A stretch of DNA of 63,861 bases, filler included, from Polymyxa betae A26-41 (Eukaryota > Protista > Endomyxa: Phytomyxea): the NCBI GenBank assembly GCA_003693705.1. It is 6 parts of 6 records of this genome, joined end to end, with 100 filler letters (N's around TTAATTAATTAA, not from the genome) between each part and the next. Parts side by side here need not be neighbours in the genome. Positions count along the whole stretch, not along the records: positions 1 to 20,721 come from RBZT01000178.1; positions 20,822 to 37,197 come from RBZT01000210.1; 4 more parts are not named here. One strand, given 5' to 3'. The position numbers and the translations under genes were made by a program. The notes beneath the pieces are model-generated. The model was not told where the DNA came from, made no database searches, and worked only from the letters and a program-made list of their open reading frames with translations. Below, piece by piece: positions 11,030 to 24,531 of this stretch (the first letter of the stretch is position 1; every line of letters starts with the position of its first letter).

Positions 11030-14000
11030 TTAGATGAACATCATGGGCGGTGCGAACATCATCGCCGCTTGTCCACCAAAATTAATATTATCATGATGAC
11101 TACGAGCGATGAAATCGGCAATACCCACGCTAGTGTACAGCGAAGTCAAATCTCGGACACGGTCCGCTTGTAAGTACAAGGGCAGACCTCGACTCAGTTC
11201 CCGATCTTCCTGCATTCAACTTCAGTTTTGAGTAGTAAGATGACATCATGAAAATACCTCGCCATGACAGTCTAAATAAAGAGAACCCCAAATTGCCGAT
11301 GCCCTATTATAAACAACAGCGACAACACAGTCACGAAGAAGTAGAAATATGGAATTGTTGGCATCACAGCGCCTTGCGCTGTGTAGATAGCTGTGAACAG
11401 TTTAGTCCAAGGTAAAAAAAAAACAATCCAAATCGCGACCTGCACTCTTGAGAAGTCGACCAACACAAAGTCGAACCACAAAGCAGGCAAATACACAGCT
11501 GCTCGGAAGGTCGCTGATCGCAAATATCGCAGCTGTATCGAATGTTAGAGTTAGCATCCACAAAGTCTGGATCAGTCCACCGCTTATTTCTTGTAGTAGC
11601 CAGTAGGGCATCAAACCGTTCAGGAAGTGTGGTTAAGCGAAAAGCATCTCTCAAGACTAAATTGTTTAGATTTTTGATATTCCCAAGCTGAAGTGTAGAC
11701 GCAATCGGAACTGCATCCACAGACGCCCCTCCAGATAACTGCATTGAAAATTGGCAAGCGAAAAAATAATAAAAAATAGAACGCACAGAGGGAGAAAGTG
11801 ACCGTGTTACACGTCTAGAAGGAGAGATATCAGAACTTAACCATCGGAAAAGAAGCTGCTTCACCTAAAAGCAGTTAATGAAGCAATAAACCAAGAACCT
11901 AATCAACACACAGGAACAGAGGAAAGCAAACGATTGACGTTATGGTGGAGGTTCTCAATCCGATCTAAGAACATTGAGGAGCGATCTAATTTGGCGGAGT
12001 CCATTAGCAGTAACAGCTTTCGAGCGAATGGCTGGCATAAAGGCAGTACATACGCTAAAATATCAGCATAGACAATAACATTGTCACTAAATGTCAATCA
12101 GAAAAATAAGATTTCAAAAACAAATTGAACTCACTTCGAAGTGCAATTCAAGCATTCAGATTGGACATGTTTTGCATACAGCGCCCCATAAATGAAGGCA
12201 ATCAGATCATGGAGCGATGCGACAGTAAGAGCGCCCAATGAAGGGAATAAGCTATCATCTTTAACTCCTACATTAGAACGAAAAGCAAAAATGATTGTCT
12301 GTGAGCAGAATTAGAATGTATAATTGCGCAATGGGTATTTGACTAAAACCTGAACAAGTTGGGCGAGTTGCATCAAGTCGAGTATATTTCTAGCCGTTGA
12401 TGGACATGACAACAAACATGGAAGAAGTTGAATCAAGAAACCGAAAATGTTACAGTGCAATATTTTTCCATGACCGTGAAAAATGTCTCGCCAAGTTTGA
12501 TCGAGAAACGTTCTGGTCTTGATAATGGGAGCAGGGCGCCGCGTTGTTCTAGAAGACTGCATCGGGGACTCGAACTGATAGCAGATGGGAACCCAACAAA
12601 GAAGAAGCTTGCACATATCTTTAACAGGGCGAGGAACATCATTCTAAGTTGAAAGTCAGATCATTTGCAAATCTTGGCCAAATAATTAATAACTTGGGAA
12701 TTGCCATGTAAGCTAATATCCACAGTTTCTATGATGTTGCCGAGTAATAAAGATATCACAGCGCTTGCAGGAACTGAAGGGGGCGGTGATCTGAGATTAC
12801 ATAATTTGAGCGTAGTGGCAACAAGAGATTTCAAAAGATTGTAATCGCTCTGGGATCCTACAACAATATTAAAAGTAGGGAAACAAAGGATAACCACACA
12901 TACCGTAAGATCGGGAGTTAGGTGAAGGAGAGGGTGACTTCATAGCTGATGTAATCCATTCGTCTAGACTTGATACAGAATCGTCTCCGATTAAGGAAGC
13001 AGGCCGCTACAAGATTGAATCAAGAAAAGGGCAAAGATCAATATGTCTTACTTGAAGAGGAACGGGAAAATGCAAGTTGGACAGACGCCGACAAACGGGG
13101 CACTGGAACGTCGAGCTTTGCAAATTAGTGAACCTTGGTGGCTGAGCACCAACATAACTAGCTACAGGGGAATCAGTCAAAGTTGAAGATAGTACGTAAG
13201 CACACTCATTACAGAAGCATGGACGACAAATTAGATGACCACAAGTTTGGACAAACAAGCATCCTGATTTTGACCTCCAACTGAAATCAAGCGAGAAATC
13301 ATTACCAGAGGTCGAGACTGTTGTCCATCGCCTAAATATGGAGACGAGAAGATCCCCTAACTCTTCTGGGAGAAGCTTTTAGACAATGATAGCAAACAAA
13401 ATCTGATAAATACCTTCGACAGCATGCAATCCGTTAGGTGTCCGGTTCAAAGCGTTAAAAAGCTGTCGCATGTTTATGCTTTCGAAACCGTCGTCTGCCA
13501 AAGCGGCAGCGTTAGCATTAGCATTAGGTGGGTGAAGATTACGGCCATTATGCCGGTTGGCAAGGGTATTGTGACTACGTCTTCTTCCAATCCCATGCTC
13601 TGCTGTTAAAGGACGCCATGTCGAATCACTAGAAGAACCATCTTCAGCATCGAGAGATCCAAATGGGAGGGATGAAGACATATTCCTTGCCGGCTCATGA
13701 GTAACATGCGAAGCATTGTCACCTAGGAATTGATCAGGAAACAATCTGTCAAAAATACAATAAAATACCAGAATCTGCACGATGAGCCATATATGGCACT
13801 TGAGATAAACTTACAAATGAAATCGCACCTAACGGCTTACGAGCAGTGCTTTTCTCAAAACACAGCAAGCAAACTTGATCATCGTGAGATCCTTCGGCTG
13901 GTGATGATGGCAATTCTGCCTGGATGACGTCTGAAGAAAAGGCTTGCCGTTTCCTGGAAAAACTTTGCAAAAGCTCAGACTGCCTTGCGCGTATTCTGAC

Positions 14001-17000
14001 GCGATGGGATTCTCGTTGTCGGTCAACCGACCATAACCCGTGAAGCAAACTAGATGCATCGGGAAAATGATTTCTAGAAAGTATCAGGGGCAAAGAAAAA
14101 TGGAAACTGAAAGACGTACTGCGCCAATGTTAAAAACCGAGCAAAAGCATGCTTGAGCTCAGCGCTGTTGTGGAAAAATCTTGAATTCTTCAATGCCATT
14201 AGAGGCACCGTAATATCACTGCTTAGTGAAGATGAGGGTCCGATGGAAAATGCTGTGTCGTCATCGGACCGTGATTGATACTTCCCTGAAATATACGCTA
14301 CAAAGCGATTGTAAGCACAAGGCTTACGAAGGCTTACGGCGATGACGAACTTACCATCTAAACTTAAAATGTAAAGAGCGCTTCGAAATAATCGTTCAGG
14401 ATTCTGTTGATTATCACAGCTCAACCCAAAGCGAATCATCAATGAGAGAATTGAATGCATGGCTGGACAGCGGAGAATATGAACGAGATTTTCTGGGACA
14501 TTACGTAACTCCAAACAATAGAGCGGATCTCCAGCTGAAGCTTGACAAAGCGAATGAAAACGCGTTTCAGCAATAGTCATATCATTCTACGGTAGAAGTG
14601 AGCGAATTCAAAGCAGCTTTACACTTTCAATATTACCTGAATGAGACGAAAGAAAAACGGATCGAAACCGGAATATAAAGACGGCTTTAGACAATAACGG
14701 CCGCTAAAGGTACCATGAGGAGATTTAAAATAGCTGACTTCACGTAAGATTGATGTATAAAGCGGATCCTCAATAAATTTCGATGGTAAGCGATCTGATA
14801 GATCAGAATGAGTTAAACCATGCTGAAATACAAGATTAGATAAAGCGATAAAAAAAGCTGAACTTGGACCTCAGAAGTCGACAGCTGACCGATAATTTCT
14901 CTCCTCAATATATCATGGTTAGAAATACATGGATTAACAGGCTCACATAAAACGGCTACAATTAGGCGAAGAAACTCTTCACAGATTCTAACTTGTAAAG
15001 TTGAAGTAGGAGATATACCAAAACATTTAGCAGTGGACCATAACCACTTGTCAGGTTCAGTAGTATTGGTTGAGAGTTGGATACAGAGAAGATCAGGATA
15101 CAAAGCTATCGTACTGAATCCTGATCCTCTACATCATATCATTAAAAACAAAACTCATAAGAAACGTTAGTACCTATAAAAGAATTCAGCTTGCTCTGAA
15201 AATTCTCCATTTTTCTTCCAAAGCCCAGCCGACATTTCAGATAATGTAGATTGAATCTGAAGGGGAGCAACCCGAAGTCCATCCAAATATGCGATCATCT
15301 GATGATCTGGTACAATCTTGGCCAGAGCTGTGATGATATCATGCCCCTGATGGTAAACCTGAGAAGAAAGACGTGTTGTAAAATAAACCATTACCTGAGA
15401 ATTCCCGAATAGAGACAGCAGCACTACAAAAGCGCGATGCAGAGGAATATGAAAAGATATATCTTGGGTACAGGAATATTCAAAGAACAATTCCAGTTTT
15501 GACGACATGAGAGTTAAAAGCCATAGCAGGCCACCGCTCACAAAATCAGAAAACACATTTTTAAAATCTTGATTCAGATTAGCATCCTTGCAGCCAATAA
15601 GCCGAGCCCGTACCGATGAGGAGAAGCTCAACGATTTCATGGATTTCGATTTCAAGCTCAAAGGCATACATCCAATTGTCGTCCTCAAATTCGATATGAG
15701 CACCTATATGATTGTCAATAAATCAATTGACACCTTCAGTCATTGTACCAGTTTTTCTTTTACATGGAGACATCCATTGTAGAAGACACAGAATATCTGT
15801 AAACACGGACATGGATTCCTCAGATTGAAAGAACGATATAACGGCCTCTCTAAGCAGCAATCGAGTTATATAGCTCACTACAAGTGCTGAAAGTTTTTAC
15901 CTATGCTTAAATACATACTTCAGATCGCAAGCTATTTCACCGAATGCTGTGTTGTGTCTTGATACATCAACAGTTCTCCAAGAGAATCGTCCTTGATTAG
16001 AGCAACGAAATAAAACAGTATGGAAAGCTTTGAGAAGCTGAAGCACGTAGTTGTTAGAGATAAGGTCTGGGACCGAAAGCGAAGAGACGAAAACCTGGGA
16101 AATATTAAAATATAATCGAGAACGGTCAATTTGATCTAGCCTGCACTGTCAATGAGTCTAAAAGTGGTGACTGAATGGATCTCAGCTCAGAATATAAAGG
16201 TGCCAACGACGCAAGCATTGGTTTTCGAAACCTGTATATCAGATCAGAGCACAGAAGGCAATGTTCGTTAGAAGAAGCCCACCCGGCATCACAGCTGAAA
16301 GTTATAACGAATTCAGTGATTTCTTTGACTGGGAAAGATCTTGGCTTTGTGAGTAAAAACAAAAATTGGGAAACGGCGCTGACAGAAAAGCTGTTGTTGT
16401 CATCAATTAATGCTTTTGTCAGAGTATGCATGAAAGAGGGTCCTATCACAAAGGCTTAGATGATCATTGAAGCCGGTCAGAAAAAGAAGGGCACCTTGCT
16501 TCGAAATAGCAAGTATCCAGTGGATTCCAGATTTGAGTAAGCGTGACGCTTTACTGATAGTCGAAGTGAGAGACGACTGCATATATTTGTGTAAGGATGA
16601 GAGCACATACAACACCAAGAATCGCGAAACAATTTCAAGACGGTCAAAGAACGGCGAAACTGAGGGATCGTTGACATCAACAGGCCTAAAAAAATATCAC
16701 AAATGTTGGCAGTTACAACGGCAAATTGTCAACAAAGTATACGATTGTTGTCGAGTATGTTCGGAGCATGGTGTTTTCCATCCTTCATCACCGCAGTCAC
16801 AACAACCAGCACACACCATAGTTACTGCATAATCATGTCCTTCATGACGAGAACAGTCGAAACAGTCGAAACAGACAGCACAGGTGGAATCCGCTTGACA
16901 AGTACGGCAAATATAAACGATAGATCTATCCCCGAACGGTTTACAGCAAACGATTGAGCCACCAACACGTTCACGTAAGCTAATTTAGGTGAAATGAAAT

Positions 17001-17427
17001 AAATGTAATGATTTGCAATGAATCAAACCTGTTCAGAGTGGAAGTTCTGTCTCTCCCACTAAAGAGAACAACGTCAATGATGTCAAACAATTTTGTAATG
17101 TTGATATTGCGAGTCTTGATATGATTGAGAAAAGTTAGAGGATCTGGAGAATTCTCTCTGCGAAACAGTGCAGCACAAGCTGAAGCTCCAGCAGAGATCG
17201 ACGATGACCATTCGGGGCATGATCCAGCCCCCGTATTCGGAATCGACACTGGTAATGATGCGGCCTAGGCCGCCTGCAGAGGTATTAACAGTTCAACGAA
17301 TGGCAATATCGTTCGAAAGCCGAGCAATCAGAGAAGAGAAAATAAAAACGATTGAAAGATCTCTTAGAAGGTACACAAAGAGCAGATAGTGCGCACTGAT
17401 TTTTTTGAAAGGCCTTTCAATGTTCAT
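11030..17427 (-). CDS. UBR1/2/3-type N-degron pathway E3 ubiquitin ligase, many exons; start approximate
   Basis: UBR box at about 16760-16960 (YICRTCQADSTCAVCFDCF...HEGH...GCCDCGD), SFHIPLHR, GLWKKNG, LRREIIGQL, split RING (CLLC...TCGHLICRPCF...FQCPVCRRLSN), C-terminal ICLLCG and EEDRELSRGLPLYL. Confidence 0.88.
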
Positions 17428-17726
17428 GCGAATTTCGGTTTTCGTCTGACTGAGAGACTGGATGAACGCAGATACCGTAGACTTTTCTTATCATAAATGA
17501 TTTTCTTTGTAAATACAGTTACTGTAATTTCTTATAATTGATAAAGGGGCATAGTTCCAATATCGGTTCTATGGCTTATAATTATTTATCATTCACTAAG
17601 CATTCCAAAGCTTGATTGATAATTTGGAAACTCGATGTTGAGTTTGTTTGATGAGTTGAAGAATGAATATATTTGGAGGAATTACAATCTTTGAAATATT
17701 GGAAATAGGCAGCGCGGTGATACGAT

Positions 17727-18410
17727 TGTCACAATCCTGGCTAAGAGGATAGGCTGGAAAATGACTTCGCACTGTTTGGTCTTCATGACTTGAACCGCGT
17801 GAGGTGCGTCGATCCTACTGTGACGCTGTATTTTGGACTTCAATACCCCCCTTCGTCACTGTGGGTAATTCTGTAAGACCGAGTAGTAATTTTAACTTGG
17901 GTGCAGGTTCCGATTTAGTTAGTGCATCTGCAGCCATTTGCTCTGTCGCGCAGTACTTAATGTGGATTCGACCTAATTTGACATGATCACGAACGTGGTG
18001 GTATTTGATATCAATATGTTTTGAGCTTTTGTCCGTCTTCCGATGTTTAGTCAGTGTGATGCAGCCTTGATTATCTTCATGTATTGTGATCGTGCGAGGT
18101 TGTTGATATTCTAATTCTGTAAGAATATTTTGTAGTCAGGATGCCTCTCGTGCTGCTTCAGAAAATGCTATGTATTCTGCTTCTGCTGTGGAACAAGCCA
18201 CCAAAGATTGCTTGCAAGATCTCCAGAGTACAGCTCCGGATCCGAAGTGAATAAATAACCCAGTACTTGACCTTCTTGACGATGGGATCGTTGGCCCAGT
18301 CGCTGTCAGCATATCCTTCTAGCTGATAATGTGTCGCCGGAAGGTTCCTCTTGTAGTACAATCGCTTTTTGCTGCAATCCAATGATCCGTCGAGAGTTGT
18401 TGCAGAATTG
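17727..18410 (-). mobile_element. Degenerate Ty1/copia 3' remnant (RNase H, PPT)
   Basis: LEGYADSDWA, STAEAEY, IHEDNQGCI, SKHIDIKYHHVRD, QMAADALTK, with stops and frameshifts. Purine tract near 17845. Confidence 0.85.
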
Positions 18411-18892
18411 GCATAGATGGGATACTTCGGAAGATATATCTGGGAGCGTACAAGTAGCAATCCAGTTCAGAGCTACGACAATTTCTCGGGATATGGTAGA
18501 GATGTCTGTAAAGCCCGTGGGTTCAAAGTACCTACGTTAAAAATCCAGTTGCCTGAAAAGTCCTTACTAATAAAAAAATCCGTTGTCCTTTTGAAAGATA
18601 CGTTAATTCTCGCGTTCGGACTCGGTGGCGGAAGTGTGTCGCTAGCTGGTTTCTCGTTTGTCTTCGACAGTTTTCGAGATGTCTGATCATGGTAGCGCTG
18701 CTGGCGACCTGGAAATCAACGAGAATTACATTGTAAAGAAGTCGGCGACTGGGGCCAATCGTCGGGCGACTTGGGCAACGTTTCGCTTAGGCGGACTCCG
18801 TGGCGGGGTCCGTGACGGGGGAGTACGACGCCCAGGGGGGAACTGGGTTGCGCGCGGGGGCGTATGGCAATCTAAGACTTTGATGTTACAGT

Positions 18893-19101
18893 TGTGATGT
18901 GAAATGAATTATGATTTAATTAGCCTTTTTATAGTCTGAGGATTCACATGCTCGAGACAGCACTACCATAATTGGGACCCCTGGGAATCGACTGGGAAGA
19001 TTCATCGATTTTCGAATCCACTCTCGGAGCATTCTCCGTCACTCATGTACCGAGGCCAATCACTCTTCCAGTGCTTTCTTGGTCAATAAAGTTATGTTAC
19101 A
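18893..19101 (-). mobile_element. Probable LTR followed (leftward) by a degenerate Pro-rich gag-like ORF
   Basis: TGTAACAT...CATCACA termini on the minus strand, adjacent to other LTR debris. Confidence 0.4.
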
Positions 19102-19226
19102 GGTAACATTACTTTATATTGACACACTTCCCTCCTCAAAAATGGCAGTTTCTAGTTAAAAGAGCATAAACGTAATCAATGGCTGCGGCTTTAAAAATAC
19201 CACGGGCTATGTATGGAAAAAAGCAC

Positions 19227-20553
19227 TGTATCAGATTTATTAAAAAACATTATAAAATCTTATATCCCTTTTAAAGTGCGTACGCAGATTGAAGATCAGC
19301 GCACGCAGAGAAGCCTTGATGACTCACGCATAAATCTGATGCGTAACAAAGATGCGAACAAGATTAAAGTATGAAGACGTACCGTAATATTAATGGGCTC
19401 GACTCCCGCGGAGTCCGTACGGTGTCCGTACGGACTGAGCTGAATGACGCTGGGATTCGAGCTGGAAATAAAACACAATTCATTATCACAGATTGAAGTG
19501 CTGCCGATTTTTGTAGCAACTATATCGCGATCTGACGAAGCCGCTCTAAAGAATTCTTTAAGGCCGGGCTATACGGCGAAGAAACTGATGGATCGTAGCT
19601 GTGTTTTGCAAGAGGAAACGGACTCCGATTATGAGGAATCGGGTGGACGTGTAACAGTGGTTGATGAGAATGTGGAGGGTAAGCCCAGCTCGCCGACGGC
19701 CAATGAAGAACTGGTTCAGAAGCAGCGGGCTGGCAATCGGGTGGCCTCCGGTAATGTTACTTTATTAGAGACCAACAAAGCCCCCGAGTTGAAGACCGCC
19801 GACCCGAAAGACATTTTGCGCTTTCAGCAGAAACGCCAGAAGTACGAGCGAATTCACTCTGAATCTGGAGCAGATAGGTCCCAGATTCGCTCGTTAATAT
19901 CGATGTTCGAGCCCGATTTCCTATTCGCTGAATGACGTTATGATCTTCATAAGGCAATTGAGGATAAACAGGAACAGGACCTTGAGCAATTGATTGCAAG
20001 AGTCCTACGCGACGATCGGTCGCGGGACATATTGCTGGAGAGGAAAATGTCGCAGCTCAAAATGAGGACGACTATTGAGTCTGCTGGCGCCCGGGTTATT
20101 CTTTCACTAACTACCGATTTTCATCGGATGTGTAAGGATTACGGATGGGAGCGTCTTTTTGAGAGCTCTGAGGGTAAAAAGCGTCATGTAAAATTTTTAC
20201 TGAATGCTATTTGCGCCTGAAGGTCTCAAAGAAATGATCTCGGACCGTCTCAGTCGGGAGGCGCATCTGGCGAAGGATCCGGACGCGTTTATTGAAGGTT
20301 CGAGGGAAGCTGCTGTTTACTATCAGGACACTTCGCTCTACCAACGGTCGACTATAAAGGCGTCGACAACAGGTAATAAGCGTCAGAACAATACGACTTT
20401 CAAGGTGCGGGTTCACCAGAGGCCAACCCATAATGAGGACACGGCGAAAGGTAATCGCCAATGGAAGGACGGGAAGAAGGCTGATAACTCCAATTGGATT
20501 GTTATCACTGCAAAAAGCCCGGTCATCCGGTCTACAAATGTCCGGAAAACCTG
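19227..20553 (+). mobile_element. Ty3/gypsy element: 5' LTR (19227-19490) plus frameshifted gag
   Basis: TGT...ACA 264-bp LTR, homologous to 55059-55316. The gag is similar to 47480-48300 and carries a CCHC knuckle CYHCKKPGHPVYKC. Confidence 0.8.
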
Positions 20554-20721
20554 ACTAATGTGTCGTTTGTCTCCTACGTGAACAAAGGCTTTACAATTGA
20601 GAGCACAATTGAATTATGATTTAGTAGAATTAGATTCCAGGCCCCAAGGTCTCGTCCAGGCCGGCCAGGGTAGTTCCGGGCTTCCGGAGGCCGGAACATG
20701 ACTCACGCAGTTTCCGCCGCC

Positions 20722-20821
20722 NNNNNNNNNNNNNNNNNNNNNNNNNNNNNNNNNNNNNNNNNNNNTTAATTAATTAANNNNNNNNNNNNNNNNNNNNNNN
20801 NNNNNNNNNNNNNNNNNNNNN
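20722..20821. other. Artificial scaffold linker (N44-TTAATTAATTAA-N44)
   Basis: 100-bp spacer with stops in all six frames, seen five times in the window. Confidence 0.97.
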
Positions 20822-20999
20822 ACTGGTAGTAAGAGTCCCCTGGTAGATATTGAGGCTTCGCCTCAATATCTACCTGCCTTGCGCGAGGGTCACCGCGCCG
20901 CCCGTTGACAAAATCAACAAACTAGAAAATCCAATCCATCCAATCCTATGCCGATCTGTATCTCACGGTTATCGCTATTTCTGAGAATAAGCTGACCAT

Positions 21000-21211
21000 A
21001 TCCACAGAGTATTCTCAAATAGTACTTTCTAATCTCTTATGATTTATAAAGCTCTCCGGAGCTGATGTTGTTCCTTTGAGGAATATTTCATATCTCGATA
21101 TCTCGATTATCTTTTAATTTAAACGAATATTCGCAGAATAAAGACTTGGAAGAGATTTACAGGAGGATTATATTCAAGTATCAGAAATAGCTTCGAAATG
21201 TCGCTCAGGAC
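21000..21211 (+). repeat. Dispersed AT-rich repeat, probable solo-LTR family (second copy about 36300-36500)
   Basis: Shared blocks TCTCTTATGATTTATA, TTCATATCTCGAT, ACGAATATT, AATAGCTTCGAA, both copies ending GGACA. Confidence 0.6.
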
Positions 21212-24200
21212 AAGGGCAGATTTTCTCTCTTTCGCAATCGTGCTACGTGATTCAAGATGAAAACGGCGAATGCTCTTTAAAACAAAAGGTGCTTGGTATA
21301 GATGTAGTCATATTATCAAGAAGGAGGAGTTTATCAGCATAGAGCCTAATGATACAACATCGACACAAACATTCAAGATATCTTGAGAAGCCTGATCTTA
21401 CTATATTCCTGAAAAAATATATTTTAGTATTCAGTACGGTATTTCCCCGGATTCAACAGGGGGAAATAATTTAATCCAGCAGGCTGCAAAGGGAGTAAAT
21501 AGGAATAAATATTTCAGAATCCCTGATTAACTAATGGTTCATGTTAATCAATGCACAATCTCGAGCAGGTTTAAAAAGAATTTTTAGAACAAAAATATCA
21601 GTCGGAGTTATTGAATTGAGAGAATCATCAAAACTTTCTCTTTTGAAGGTCCGGGACCGCATCATCGATGTATATAAACGTATCGCATGATGAACCCCAT
21701 CCAGCACAGAACAGAAGTGGCCCTTGACTAGAGCAGCGATAACGGACGGCGAATAACAAAGAGTTTATCCATCATAACGACGATGACGGACATAAACGCC
21801 CCGTCAGCAGCCTGTACAAGTTCGCAAACCCGAAGAAACAAGATGGCAGTTTTGGAGCTCACGGACTCCATGAGATCAAGCGATATCGATCGTGGAAAGT
21901 TTTTTGGCGGAAGGTTGGGAATTTCCGTGGTCAGAGAGTTTGCCACCGGACGGGATATTTCTGGAGCGCAGTTCCGTTCCAGCAGACGAGGCCGGAATTT
22001 TCAAATGGATAAAGATGATGTACATGTACTCCGGCTATTGCAGCTCCACCGGCAGCGTCAAACTGACTGAACGGGTGGCCCATGCTGTAGCAAGCATTTC
22101 CAGCGGGTATATGTCTATCTTCCTTCTGAAGAGCCCAAATATACACATGATATCCCTGGAGCAGCTTCTGTAAGCAGCGTTTTATCAGGACATCCCGAGC
22201 TGTCAATAGAACAGTTTCGGATGAGCAGTGAAATTTCTTCCGAATGCTTCTAGTCGAACACCAAGTAGATGGTGGGTTCGAACCATCTAGAAACGTTGAC
22301 TGCGAGGGAAAATTAGCTATATTTCTGTATTTCGCGAAAAAAAAGGAATGCATAACCGTGGCTTGCAATGCCGGTTTCAACATTCTGGTAAAACAATCAT
22401 CAGGTAATTATCAGTTTCTCACAGTCTTTATGATTTGGATTTTCGAATTTATAAACTATAGGCACATGCAGTGTATTGCTAGCCCTGATCAAGCTTGCTT
22501 CTCGGTACATTGGAATTTTTTCAATTAAGCCCAACTCCGTCACAGGTAACGCGCGATTCAAAATTATTCCCATACGTTAAAAATTGCCGAATGGCGGTAG
22601 ATGGCACGCATTTTCCCATTGTAGTGCCGATTGAGGAAGCCGATCGTTTTCGGGGTCGTTAAGGCATCATTCAAGGCCTGAGCCATCCGTGGTTCAAATT
22701 TTTCGATGAGCCCCAGTTGCCCTGTACCTGTACCGTGTACCCGGTCGACAAAACTTGTTGACAGGTTTTACATTGAAGAAATTAGTCATTGTGTTTGGAT
22801 TCAAGTGGATCAGTCTTCAGGAATGACTGTATTATTGTTTAAAGCTGGGTGATCTCCTATTGAGCAAATGCAGGTACATTAATTAGTTAGATGAAGAATA
22901 CCTGCCTCCTTTCAATGGATCTGTGTTAAGACTACGCAGATACATTTGCAGAGCGAACGAGCACAATCCTGATGATGTAACCCAATTCATTACGGTTAGT
23001 TTGAGATCGCAACCAGATTACAATCGAACAGTCTCAAACAAATTGCATACCATACCCTGGCTCCCAAAGCAGGCTGGTGCCTCAATGTACAAATTTCCTT
23101 CGAGATATGCGAACGCAGTTTTGGTAGCATGCATGCTTGTTGTCATGCCCCTCACGACTACCTCCAGCCCCAGACGTCGTACTGGCCCGGCCAAGTGCAA
23201 GTCCGAGGTGAGGTCGTGTGCCGCCAAGTCAGGAGGCCGACACGACGGACACCAAGGCACGCGTCCAAGATTTTCTTAATCGGCTCTCGGGCCTGTTTTC
23301 TGGCCACTCTACTGCCAGCTCTCTTCCCTTCATCCCTTTGCGATTTCCAATAAACCCAGATAATTTGCCTTGATCCGCCGGTTCCCCTTTCGGTTCTTTT
23401 CATTTGTGTGAATAAGTGGATCTTGATTGGATCCCTGAGTCCATAATCAAGCAAGCTTTCGAGCAAGCAGAACCAAAGTTTTTCGTCAAATGGAAGGGCT
23501 TGCAGGAATCGAATGGAATCTGAGAATTCAATTAGTTTTTGGAAAAATCTCCAGCCTTATTGCAATCATATTGTACTGAGAATTAAGATATGTGATGCTC
23601 TGGGTATCAAAATTTGGATATTTATATTTCGTATCAGATCTGCTGCATCTGGTTTTGGGTAGTAAAAACTATCGCTTGCAATTTATTATGGTGAGACTCA
23701 TGTGCTTTAGATCAGTCAGGCGATGAATTGCAGGAGTCCACTGTACAGCCCGATGAAGGGGCCACAGACGTGACTTCAAAACATACACGGATGTGGGAAG
23801 CAGATTGTTCATCAGATGGATCGGAGACGCACTGACAGATTATTGTTGGTCTTGTGCAGATGTACAATTTTCTCCTGATCGCTCGGTATCAGAATCAGAA
23901 GGCTGTAGATATGATCTGCCAAACAAGATAACTGCGCGCCAGCCTTGAAACCTTCAGTCACTCCGAAAACTGCGTGGTCGATCGTGGGTCTCAACTTTAA
24001 GACCAAGATGGTCTCGTGCGATCAAGGCTTGGATCGAGGCCCAGCTGATCACACGTCGGGGTCTTCCCTAGGGCATAGTACCTCTTCTGTCTCCTGATGC
24101 GCTCCCCCTACCGGCACCGCTGGCGCCAGCCGAGCGGGTTCAGGGGGTCCCCGCCATGACGCTGGATCAATCAACAATCATGGTGGTGTTCGGGGCAGGA

Positions 24201-24531
24201 CAGACTCTTACCTGGTCCTCGCTTCGTCGTGGTATCTGGAGCATACAGATTAGCTTTTCCGATTTGCGACTCGATTTTCCTTGAGGCAACCTCGATCAAT
24301 CTTTCCACTTTTTACAGATTCAAATTTTCACCCGCTGCAAAGCTCGAATTTCCGCTTGTCAAAAGACTCATTCTAACACCCGCTGCACAGCTCTTTTAAA
24401 TAAAATGTTAGATAAAATTTTAGATTTATTCACAGATCACCCGATCTATCAAGGCTATCACTTCTCGGCTTCTATCAAAGCTATCCACTCCGCGATGACG
24501 CCGAGGCCAGCTCTGGCCATCTCTTTCGTGT

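Noticed and set aside
8264-17427. Fragmented ORFs suggesting pseudogenes or an alternative genetic code
   Set aside because: The breaks I examined coincide with canonical short GT-AG introns, and single-exon genes end at standard stops.
19491-19506. Reverse complement of this PBS contains CTTCAAT, suggesting priming by a UCA-anticodon (Sec/suppressor) tRNA
   Set aside because: The register differs from half-tRNA PBSs and the sister element (GATTGTGTG) does not share it.
20722-20821. TTAATTAATTAA motif embedded in N-runs, five times
   Set aside because: Identical 100-bp artificial linker with six-frame stops. Not biological, and ORFs with X residues ending there are artefacts.
21700-23600. 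Several short overlapping ORFs
   Set aside because: No recognisable domain apart from chromodomain-like debris (KFFVKWKGL) near 23480. Treated as decayed repeat sequence.
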